Source: Azolla caroliniana (Eukaryota; Plantae; Polypodiophyta). Taken from it: a DNA stretch of 64,000 bases. Made by a program: the position numbers and the translations under genes. A model generated the notes under the pieces. The model worked only from the letters and a program-made list of their open reading frames with translations. It was not told the origin of the DNA and made no database searches. Below, in pieces: positions 53,901 through 64,000 of this stretch. Position 1 is the first letter of the stretch; each line of letters starts with the position of its first letter. The stretch covers positions 13,082,001 through 13,146,000 of the forward strand of contig JBHGNT010000006.1 of NCBI GenBank assembly GCA_043228905.1, read 5' to 3'.

Positions 53901-54850
53901 GGCCAGCCAACGGAGCAAGCTCGGATGCCACACCAGCCGGTCCTACCACTAGAACCATTCCAAAAATGGGGGCTGGATTTTGTCGGGCCATTCAAACCAC
54001 CGGCAATCAGAACTGGCAACCGGTATGTGATCGTCGCGACGGACTACTGCACTAAATGGGTGGAAGCGAAAGCCCTACGAGACAACATCGCGGCGTCAAC
54101 GGCGAAATTCTTATACGAATGCATTTGGTGCCGGTACAGATGCCCCATAGAGCTGATAAGTGACCAAGAAGGGCACTTTCTTGGACAGGTGGTAGAAATT
54201 TTGACGACGTTCTATGCGGTAGTACATAAATGGAGCACACCGTACTATCCGCAAGCAAACGGGTTAGCTGAGTCGACGAACAAAACGCTCCAGAATATCC
54301 TCCGGAAAAACTTCAAAGAAAACCGGACGGATTGGGATACGAAGCTGCATAGTGCGCTCTGGGCCTACCGGACAGCGTACAAAACAAGCATCCGAACAAC
54401 ACCATTCCAGTTAGCATTCGGATTAGAGGCAGTCATGCCGGTCGAATTCCAGGTACCAAGCTTACGGATTCAGATTCGGGAACGACTGAACGAAAAGGAA
54501 TTGGAGGCAATTCGGTTAAAGGCTCTGTGTGAACTAGAAGAACACCGACTGACGAGCATCATGCACCTAGAATTGGAACAATGGCGACGGAAAGCGTTTG
54601 TAGATCGGCACCGGAAGGGAAACGAGAAAATGTTCGGCATCGGCAAGCCGGTACTAGTGTTCCAGACCCGGATGGGTAAAATGCCAGGCAAACTACGGTT
54701 TTGATGGACCGGACCGTACTGGATCACACGCGAGTTTAATGGGTCTTACCAGTTAGGGACACTTGTCGGCGAAGTGCAGGGTAAATGGGTCAACGAATTT
54801 AGACTAAAACCATACAAAGGACCTATGCCCAAGAACCCATTTGAACGAAG
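50991..54850 (+). pseudogene. pol: G1 pol (protease, RT, RNase H, integrase); 1050-aa open core 51552-54704
   Basis: IIDEGSGVN, VCVDYRKLN, FLDGFSGYNQI, FLDD, FVDASD...EREAL...VDH...ADYLSR, HCGVAGGH...CDLC, WGLDFVGP, ISDQEGHF, QANGLAE, GPY. A few in-frame stops flank the core. Confidence 0.95.
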
Positions 54851-55432
54851 GGCCGCCACTGAATCAAACGCCACCCGTGAGGAAAACGGCAACCACCAAG
54901 CCGGAAAGGGGGAGCACAAGCCGGCAACCAGGGAAAGCATAATGACGGCAAACCGTCAAGAGGCCGGCAAGGTGCGCGATTCGGGTAAGAGTCTGATAGG
55001 ACCGGAGAAAAATTAACCACACAATTAATTTTTCGAGAGAAAAAAAAAAAGTAAGTAAAAATTGAATGGAATCAAATAAATCATGAAAAGGAGTGGTGGA
55101 AACGGCCATGCACACGAGGAGTAAAGAGGCACGTCCAAAAGGTACGAGGGGCTATGAATAGGACATTAAACCACCGCCACATGGCACGCAATGCTATTAT
55201 AGTACACGACCTGCACATGCGGAGGCTCGAAAAAGGCGCCAAGATGCAGAGAGAAAAACCCCCACGCATCGAGACCTTCTCCTATCGCGAACCAAGGAGA
55301 ACAGACACACAGCGACGCGTGAAGATCAATCATAGAGAGCTCGCACATAGAGAACCCCCTTCCTCAGAACTCTCTCTCTCACACTCTCCCCACCATCAAA
55401 CCTTGCCAACGCTCTCCGACCTCGACACAGAG

Positions 55433-58228
55433 ATGGACTGTCAAACGCTATCTGAAGCCGCCAAGAAATGGTTACGGCAGCACGGTCTGGAGGGTTTCTT
55501 AACGATCATGGAGGCGGCGCCACACAAGGAGGCCGAAAAGATTATAAAAGAAATCGACACAGAGGTGATCACAGAGGAGGCGATCCGTGCGTTAATAGGC
55601 CTTTCGGAGGGAGACATCTACACGATCGATAATCCGACCTCCGAGCAGCTCATCAAATATTTCGGTGAGTACTCTCTCGCCAGCAAGGGCTACAGAACAC
55701 AAGGCGGCGAAGATATGTTATTCCGCGAAATTATCCGTGTGCTCCATGAGTTCGGCCACGTGTACCCTCGACCCCCCGTCATGCCTCAGGACCGAGCAGG
55801 CTTGATCATCGCAACGTACGAAGGGGTCAAGGTAGATGGGCCGGTGCTGATCGCCGATGGGCTGTGTATGGCCATTGATATAGTAAGAGGAAAGGACGGC
55901 AAGGAAGGCCGGAAAATATGGCATGCGGTGACACAATGGCTCACCCTATTGGCGCCACCAGTCGAGCCCGTCCAAACCAAGAAACGGGGAAGAGAAACAG
56001 ACGGCACCCCGAAACCTGCTTCGAAACGGCAACAACTGTTGGCCTCCAAGGCCACTAAGGGCAAGACGGCCGATGCAGAGAAGGCGGCGAAGGAGCGCGC
56101 CAGCCGGAAGCGGCCAACGGATGCAAGTGAGGAGACACTGGCACGGCCCCTGAAGAGCCCACTCCACCGACCGGTGCAATAGGAAACGGACACCTTGGCG
56201 GCAAGAATGAATGACGAGACTCAGGCGGAAGAAATGGAGGAAGAACCCACGCAGCATCTCCAGCGGCGGCCGATGAAGAGCACTGCTGAATCAGCCGGGA
56301 AGCGTTCGGACCCACAGAAGGATGGAACGCCTGCAACTCATGCTGAGGATCCCACGCCAAGGGAGGTACCGGAACCGGTTCAGAGGGAACCGGTCACAGA
56401 AGTCCCTACACAACAGGCAGCACCGGCAAGCCCCGTAACTCAAGAGCCGGATATACAAAGGCCAACCTTCCCAGCCAGCCAAGAACAAGCAGACAAGGGG
56501 CGACTAGCCGAAACACACTCAGAGCCAGAACGGCAAAGTGGTCAGCTGGCAGAACCAGAAGCGCAGCTCGACGCAGTAAGGTGGGACCAGCCACCGACGA
56601 GTGAACCCATCAGCCAACTCTTCGTGCAAGCGCAACAACAGTGTACCGGCAGCCAATGGCTCCGGTGGATAGGGGAACAAATTGCCGAAGTAGTCGGATG
56701 CATAGAAGCGGAGGAAAGAGCGCAAACGGAACTGTTGCTCGTCACAACCGATGAACTGGAGACGGCTCGGTCAAGGATCCAGTGCCTCGAACAAGACTTG
56801 GATTGGATCACGGGAGATATGGCCAAAATGGCCTTAACCGCAACGGAGATCCAAGAACCGATGACTCCGGTTAATGTACAGCGGAATAAGACCTCGGAGA
56901 CACAAACTGTCCCGGAGAAAGATGCGGCGCAAGCCCAAGAGCTTGCGGAATTACGAGATGAGCTCGCCGCACAAGAAGCATTACGGAGCCGTGAACGTGA
57001 CTTGAAGAAGGCGGCCGAAGAAGAATTAAAAAAGACTGCTGAGAACATTCGCCGGGCAGAGGAAAACCTACGTAAAGGACATCATGGTTATGACCGGCTG
57101 AAGGAGGAAAAAGAGAAATTGTTGCAAGAAAAAGACAAGCTGCGACGGATGGCGGAAACGGAAATCGAGAGGCTGAAGGAAGAGCTTCGGCAACAGAAGG
57201 ATCGGGAGGACCGCGCGCACCAGCAGATCAACCAAAGGCTGAAGCAGAAGACCGATGATTTCGATCATCTGCATCGGGACTACAAGCAGTTGGAGACGGA
57301 GCATAAGCAACAACAGGAACGGATGGCCGAGCTCCAGCAAGAAGTTGATAGGGCCACAACGGCACTGGCCGAAGAACGAGCGGAAAGTTCAAGGCTATTG
57401 GAGGAAGCGGCGAATGACCGGATGGAGCTCCACAAACAGAACCATGAAGACAAGGAAAGAGCGACAATGGTATTACAGAGGTTGCAAACAACCTATCAAA
57501 ATCAATTGTCGCATTATAGGGAGCAGGAGGCGGACACGGTTCGGATCATCAAGCAATTGAAGGAAGAGCGACAAGCTGTAGAAAATAAATCACAGATGGG
57601 AGCCGAACAGATCCAGTGCATCCTCCGGTCATGGCTCACTAAGATCAAAAGCTTGATTGACGACAGCTTGGTGCATTGGTGGGCGAAATGGGCGCAGAAT
57701 ACAGCGGAACTCCAATTGCTTAGGGTGGACGTGGAAAACCGGCGAAAGGAGGGCGACGACTATTATACGCTGACCTCGGAGGACTTCACCGCCATAAGCG
57801 ATGAGCTGGTAGAAGATTTCACAACCCTGGCGGATGAACAATTGGTGCAGGTCCAGCAGCTCGTAGCTCAACTGGACGACGATCGGCTGGAGGCTCAAAT
57901 CCAGTTCGAAAGCTATGAGCGGTCCCGGCTTCGGGAAGAAAAAGCGAGAAAGGCGGCAACAGTCAACCTTAGTGATGAGGAACCGTCCTCGGTACTAGGA
58001 CCAGACGGGGACCAAGCCGGGGTCAGTCAGCCACAAACAACTCCGATGGAGGAACCAACGAAGGAAACGTTGGTGCCAGAGGCACAAACGGAGCCGCAAC
58101 CCCAAACGGAGAAGGCACATATGGAGCAGCAACCACAACCACAAACGGAACAGCAACAACAACAGATTCCCGACGAGCCATTGGAAATTTTGGAGCAAAG
58201 CATTCTGGACATTTTGGACGAAGCGTAA
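55433..58228 (+). CDS. G1 additional sense ORF (~930 aa, one internal TAG at 56180): N-domain, disordered linker and long coiled coil
   Basis: ORFs 55154-56182 and 56195-58228 are in the same frame. E/K/R/Q heptad-rich region; homologues in G0 and G2. Start codon uncertain. Confidence 0.8.
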
Positions 58229-58241
58229 AAGGGCCGGATAA

Positions 58242-58280
58242 TGGGTTCGACGTACAAGGTATTGTCCCACGGGCGTGCCA
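58242..58280 (+). other. tRNA-3'-end-like motif in the PPT position (PBS-like on the minus strand)
   Basis: TGGGTTCGA-cgtacaaggtatt-GTCCCACGGGCGTGCCA, then TG, then the LTR. Also present at 12385-12423 and 59919-59958. Confidence 0.85.
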
Positions 58281-60496
58281 TGTGTTACCGACCGGCAAGA
58301 AGGCTTAAGGAGGTCCAAACCATAGTGTCAAAGGAATAGTTTATTCGGGAACTATTGTAATTAGTAATCTTAATATAGATATTAATATATGAGAAGATGT
58401 GGACAGACGGACCGGAATCGGTATGCCGATCCGGATCCGAACCGATCCCGTAAAGGTGCCGGTTGGCACCGTTTTGTATTTCGCATCGGAGACCTATATA
58501 AAGGCCCAGTTATAATGTAATCAAGGCGGATAATTAATAAAGCTTATTGTCTTAATCTTCCAGTGTTGATTACCGTTCTATATTCATTGTTATATCTTAT
58601 GCGTGTTAATTATGGATTGCTAAGTAACCAATTAAGGTCGAATTAAGCGTTGTGCCGTAAGTCATTCTGCCGTACCACCCTTTGGTGAAGTGTCTTAAGT
58701 GGACACCCTGTGTTAGGCTGTTGTCCGGCCCTAGCAATAACAACGAACCAACCAAGTCGGCACCAGTCACGGTAACGACCGAGGTCCCAACCCATGACTA
58801 CGGCGAGGAGCTCGCAATTCAAACGGCAATTGCCAAGAAGGCCAAGAAGCTATACCACATAGCCAAAGTAGAAGCCGACCAACTACGGGCACAAGCAACA
58901 AAACGTGAGGCAAAAATCCAACATCTGCTCGACACACACACACGGCCCAACTCTAGGCAACAGAGAAGAACACCGCCACAACTCTCAAGGCCACACAGGA
59001 CCTTGCAGCAACAAAGTTAGTGGAAGCGGAGGAGGAGCATAAAGAGGCATCTTACCTAAAATCCGAAGAACTCCTCACTCTTCAAAACGAGCACACGGAA
59101 CTCCAACAGTGATTCAGTTGGCAGCTTGAAATGTTAGAAGAAGCAGTATAGGACAAATATACATTGTCCAAGACATGCCACCAATTGCAAGTACAACTCG
59201 AATGTCAATGCGACCAGTATTTGAAGGAATTAACCAATAATTCTGATCAAGTCCTACGCCACTTCGACCAACATTCGAAGGAGATGGAGGCAAGGCTAGC
59301 CGCAATCACCATGTCGTACGAAATCGTCAAGGTCAAATTCCATCAAGATGTTGCGGCAAGAACGCACACTACGGCAATCGGAAACCTCCTCGAAGAATTC
59401 AATGACGATCAAATGTTGTTGCGATTGGAATCAGAAGCCTATGAATGAGAGTGCATCCAAGCTGTACAGGAAGCAGAAGCCACCGCACATGCCTCTCCAA
59501 GCCCCATGACCGAGGAAGCAGCCCAGGAGTCGAAAGACGAAGAGGAAACACGGTTGAACGCAGAAATGATGCACATGGTTGAGTAGACCATTGAACCACA
59601 ACAGGAGACACCGGCTCCAACATCCACGACGGAGACTCAAGATCAACAGCTCGACGTATCAGCTGAGTTACACGCCGAAGAGCTTCCAAATGAAGAGCCG
59701 CCTCCAGCTCCGACACATCAACCTGTCGCCCTTGCAAGTAAGAGACAATGTGCAAGTAAGAGCCAACGGCCGAAGAGACGGCCAATAGGAAAACTGGGGT
59801 ATTGCAACAACAAGAGGAGATCCTCGCCATTTTGGAAGAAGACTAAGTGTACCATAGAAATTTTTCGATTTCCTATCATTTTTATTTTGACTTTTGACTT
59901 TTTTGAAAATTTTGGATTTGGGTTCGACATGCAAAGGAATTTTCCCACGGGCGTGCCAGGTGTTATCCGTGGGACAAAGGGTATGAAGTGTGAAATGAAT
60001 CTAAAGAAATGAGTAGGAAAAGTAGGTGAAAAGGAGAATCGACTGTGTGAAGGAAGTAGTTGAACGAAATACGTGCAGCCAAGAATAAAGACCAGAAATC
60101 AGAGAAATGGTTGAAGCGTGCCAAGAAGATACAAAAACTATATAAAGATGGGAGCAGCTATAGGAAAGGGGGTTGGATAGAGAGATAAATACATGTGTGT
60201 CCTATAAGAAAGAGAAAGAGTAATGGTATTGTCGATCGTGAGCCATGTAATCAATTTGTGCAGAAATCATATAATACATACATGTTTCAGGTCAATCTTC
60301 TGGTGTTATATAAATAGTCATCCTTATGCTCATTTCTATCATAGTTTTAGCATAAGTCATAAGACCGGTTGTTTCGGTTGTTTCATAGTTGATCGGTTTG
60401 TTCGGCCCTATCCTACCTTGCGACGCAACCACGGTTCCTTGACTCGATTACTCAAGAAAGTAATCAAAGGTGTCATCCCCAAAGAAGGAGATAACA

Positions 60497-60900
60497 CAAC
60501 CCTGTTTTACACCAATGGTGCTGGTGAAGTAATCAGATAGGCCACCTGGGCATCTTACCTCATGTCATTTGGTATGTCCAAACTTTTACGCCTACCAAAC
60601 AACCGCCCCTAGGAACATGTCAAAGGCTTTGCGGAAGTCCACAAAGCAATAATATAGTTTCTTCTTGCGAGCCTTCGTTTGGGCACTTAAGCATCTAAGT
60701 GTGAAGATATGGTCAATAATGGAGAAGGCTTGTCTAAATCCAATATGGCCATATGGTCGAAGACTTTAGGTTTCCATATAATCATTCAGCTCTGCTTCCA
60801 TTACATCACCATATAATTTAGCGAATGACGAACGTATGACCTATCATAATGGTCCTATATGTATTTGGGTTCATTGGGTCCCCTCCTTTATGTATAAGGG
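60497..60900 (-). pseudogene. LINE reverse-transcriptase fragment
   Basis: Minus-strand YRTIMIG, GFRQAFSIIDHIFTL, YCFVDFRKAFD and TIGVKQG; truncated exactly at the G2 3' LTR. Confidence 0.8.
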
Positions 60901-61103
60901 CTACTATGTTCATGATCCATTGTGGTGGAAAACTCTCAGCGAGGGCGCGATTGAAGATTAGAGTGAAAAAAGGAGTTAGGCACTCTTGAGCATATATGAT
61001 GTGTTCGGCTCACAATCTTGTGTGGTTCATGGATTTCCTATGTTGAAATTTGTTTATGACCTACAGGACCTTAGAGGTCGTGAAACGTGTTCCGTAGTCT
61101 CTT

Positions 61104-61442
61104 TGTTGAGCGAGCAAGTTCAACCGGATCCGGATCGGTTGAATAAGCCAGAGCCGGATCGGTAGCCATATCGGTATCTGAATCGATGTCCAGATCGGAG
61201 AACCGGATGAAATCCAGAACCAATAGCCGAATCAGATTGAAATCGGTAAGCCGTTAGAGGCCTAAGGATCCAGCCTAGTACGTAGGCATATTTTTGGGAG
61301 TCAGTGATAGTCGCCCATGTGAGCATTGAAGTACCTGTCAGTACTTTTGTCAGTCCTTTATGGACTTGTATAAAAGTGCTCTCTAAGCACATTCTATGTA
61401 CAGAATATTGAGAGTATTATTTTGAATAGAGTTTTATGTTCT

Positions 61443-61476
<34 letters not shown>

Positions 61477-64000
61477 GTGTATGCTTATTCTCTGTGTTAA
61501 GCTTCCATTAAACCTTCTTCAATTTACTAATACTATCCAACAGAGCTGATTTGGCATACACGCTAACTTTGACATGGTATCAGAGCGCGAGGGTTGAGAA
61601 CCTCTGCAGGCGACGAGTGACTAGTGAAGACAAACCCTAACACCCAGTGAAGAATAGAAGAGAACCTAAGATGGACAAAGGAATGGCAAGTTCACTTCCG
61701 ACGGAAAAGCTTGACCGGAGTAACTATGCATCCTGGTCATATAAAATGCACTAGTACCTGTTGGGGTATGGATATTGGAGCTATGTGGAAGGAACCAACA
61801 AGGTAGCACTAGAGCCGGCACACAAGGACTTCCCGCCATGGGAGCAAGGAGTGAGCCGAGTTTTGTACTGCCTCGCCTCTTGTGTGCATGATCAGATGCT
61901 CGGCTACATCAAGGATGCAAAAACACTGAAGGAGGCCTAGGAAAATCTTCAGAAGATTTTCGCCACGAGTACCACAGCCCGTAAGTTGCAGCTCCGACAA
62001 GAGTTAAATAACATCTGGCAAAGAGATATGTCTATTACAAACTACACCACTAAGATAAAGGAGATTTGCGACACGCTCAAGTCCCATCAACATGACGGTG
62101 GACGAAGACGAGATGGTTCAAATCTACCTCGGTGGTCTAGCACAACAGTATGGGCCAATCCGGATGGCAATTTGCACCCGGGAGAAACCACTGTCCTTCC
62201 TCGACTTACAATCAATGTTGATGGTTGAAGAAAACCACGCGATTGGGTCGAGGACCACTCAATCGGACAACCGGATGCTATACACAGAGGTGGATCGACC
62301 CCGTGGGCGTGGAGGACAAGGTGGGTCGGCACGCAATGGAGGCGCCCGGCAAGAGAAGAACCGAAGGTGCAAAGACAGTGGCGGCGGCAGTTCTGGACCT
62401 TCCACTAGAAGGGGGAGTCATGCTAGTGCCGAAAACCGGCAAGGAAAGGCTGACACGGAATGTTGGTATTGTGGCAAGAAAGGCCACAGGGAAAGTGAGT
62501 GCTGGAAGAGCGTGCTAATTTGGAGAAATCCGGATCTGGCAAAGCCGGTCAGGAAAACCGGCAAAGCTCGCACTACGCAGAAGGATCGGAAGGATCCGGA
62601 ATTGGGAAGACCGGAAAAGGGCCAACCTTTATGATGAAGCACAAGGCGAACTCGATGAAGAAGACCACTTCTGGATCGGAGGAAGTATGGTACGTTGATT
62701 CCGGAGCGTCCAACCACATGACGGCCATGAAGAGTGGTTCTCTTTTTTGGAGAAGCCGGAACAACCGGGGATTGTCGAAACCGAAGATGACACCCCTCAC
62801 CCGATTGTGCATGTCAGAGAAGTCCCCTTAAGCCATGTCGGACAAAAGGGAAAGCTTATGAACGTACTACACATTCCGACTATCACAAAGAACCTGGTAT
62901 CGGTCGAACAAATTGTTGACCCAGGGAATGCAGGTGCAGTTTACACACCTCGGGTGCTTCATCGAGGAAAAAGGCCAGATAATTGCGCAAGGGCGCAAGG
63001 AAGGGAGGATGTTCATCCTCAACACAAATGATGTCAGCACCGCCATGTTTGCCAAAGGACAAAAGATTGAATCGGACATTGATCTCTAGCATAAACGGAT
63101 CGGCCACGTCAACTACCAGAGGCTTCAAGATCTGCAATTGAAACAAGTTGTTTTCGGATTGCAGAAGTTTAGTGGCCGAAATGCCCAAATATGCGAAGTC
63201 TGCCAACTCGGGAAGCAACACCGGCTTCCATTCCCCACCGAACGTAACCGGAGCCGTAACAAGCTCGATCTAATCCATTCGGATGTATGGGGACCGGCGC
63301 AGAACGTTAGTCTTGGAGGGAGTCGGTATTTTGTCTCCTTCATCAACGACTACAGCCAGCACACGTGGATCTATCTCATCGAGAAGAAAAGTGAAGTCTT
63401 CGACTGTTTCCAAAACCTTCAAAGTTTAGTCTAAAGGGAAACGAAGAGGAAGATCAAGTGCCTGCGGTCGGATGGCGGAAAAGAATACTTTTCTGGCCTA
63501 TTCAACAGTTATCTACAACAGAACAGAATTCGGAGAGAATTCAGTTGCAGATACACACTAGAGCAAAACGGTGTGGCCGAAAGGAAGAATCGGTCAATTG
63601 TCGACGCGGCAAGGGCAATGTTGGAGGAGAAGAGCATGCCCCAATTCTACTGGGCTGAGGCGGTTCGGACAACCGTCTACATCCAAAACCGGATCAAAGA
63701 CAAGGTTTCAGCACATGAGTTGTATTTCGGGCGGAAGCCAAATTTGAGGCACCTTCAAATATTCGGTAGCATAGCATATGTCCATGTACCGAATAAGAAG
63801 CGGAAGAAGCTAGATCCGAAGTCAAAGAACTGCATCCTAGTCGGTTACTTGCATGAGCAAAAGGGGTATAAGTTCTATAACCCCCGGACTAAAGAGGTAC
63901 GAGTAAGTCGAGATGTCGAGTTTGATGAGTCGGCATCATGGTACACCCTACCGACTCCAACTCCCGACAAGGACCTGATTCCGGAAGATGAGGCTAGTGA
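61104..64000 (+). mobile_element. Copia B element B4, 5' part (runs off the window)
   Basis: 5' LTR 61104-61574, PBS TGGTATCAGAGC 61575-61586, gag ATG 61671. CWYCGKKGHRESEC, WYVDSGASNHM, IHSDVWGP and RSDGGKEY, with stops and frameshifts. Confidence 0.93.

Larger units (their letters stand above)
48417..58742 (+). mobile_element. Complete non-chromovirus Ty3/gypsy element G1 (Athila/Phygy/Selgy-like) with extra ORF and no PPT
   Basis: 460-bp LTRs 48417-48876 and 58283-58742 (~13 differences by eye, nearly all transitions). Perfect TSD ACGAA; TATATAAA at 48629; order gag-AP-RT-RH-INT-ORF3. Confidence 0.96.
29470..60496 (+). mobile_element. Old gypsy element G2, fragmented host of nested insertions (5' LTR missing); 3' LTR 59961-60496
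   Basis: Collinear pieces: gag 29470-30260, AP/RT 33475-35350, RH/INT 39735-41330, extra ORF 41700-42006 + 47135-48416 + 58748-59850. tRNA-like motif 59919-59958. LTR has TGTTATC/GATAACA termini and TATA at 60139. Confidence 0.8.

Noticed and set aside
56195-58228. Captured host myosin/SMC/trichohyalin-like gene or env
   Set aside because: The similarity is only coiled-coil composition. There is no motor/ATPase motif or transmembrane segment, and it sits at the same position in three retroelements.
58242-58280. Functional tRNA gene or SINE insertion
   Set aside because: Only the T-arm and acceptor 3' strand are present, the T-loop is interrupted, CCA is encoded, and there is no TSD or tail.
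48417-58742. G1 as an ordinary minus-strand element with an inverted interior
   Set aside because: The LTR TATA and all ORFs are on the plus strand, no minus-strand PPT exists, and G0 and G2 show the same arrangement.

Overview
A land-plant (probably non-seed, e.g. fern-like; inferred from the element lineages only) heterochromatic window made almost entirely of nested transposable elements. No host gene is evident. It contains several Ty1/copia elements of three families (here A, B, C) with solo LTRs, three related non-chromovirus Ty3/gypsy elements (G0 remnant, complete G1 at 48417-58742, and the fragmented host G2 at ~29470-60496), a chromovirus 3' half, a gag-protease-only gypsy, LINE RT fragments, a hAT transposase fragment, a hAT MITE, a 1.4-kb foldback palindrome and CA/TA low-complexity DNA. 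Most boundaries are fixed by TG..CA termini and target-site duplications. The standout observation is that all three G-type gypsy elements lack a polypurine tract. Two nucleotides before the 3' LTR each instead carries a conserved sense-strand copy of a tRNA 3' end (TGGGTTCGA-13/14 nt-TCCCACGGGCGTGCCA), which reads as a second primer-binding site on the minus strand. This suggests plus-strand priming by a tRNA or tRNA mimic. The same elements carry a large extra sense ORF (conserved N-domain plus coiled coil).
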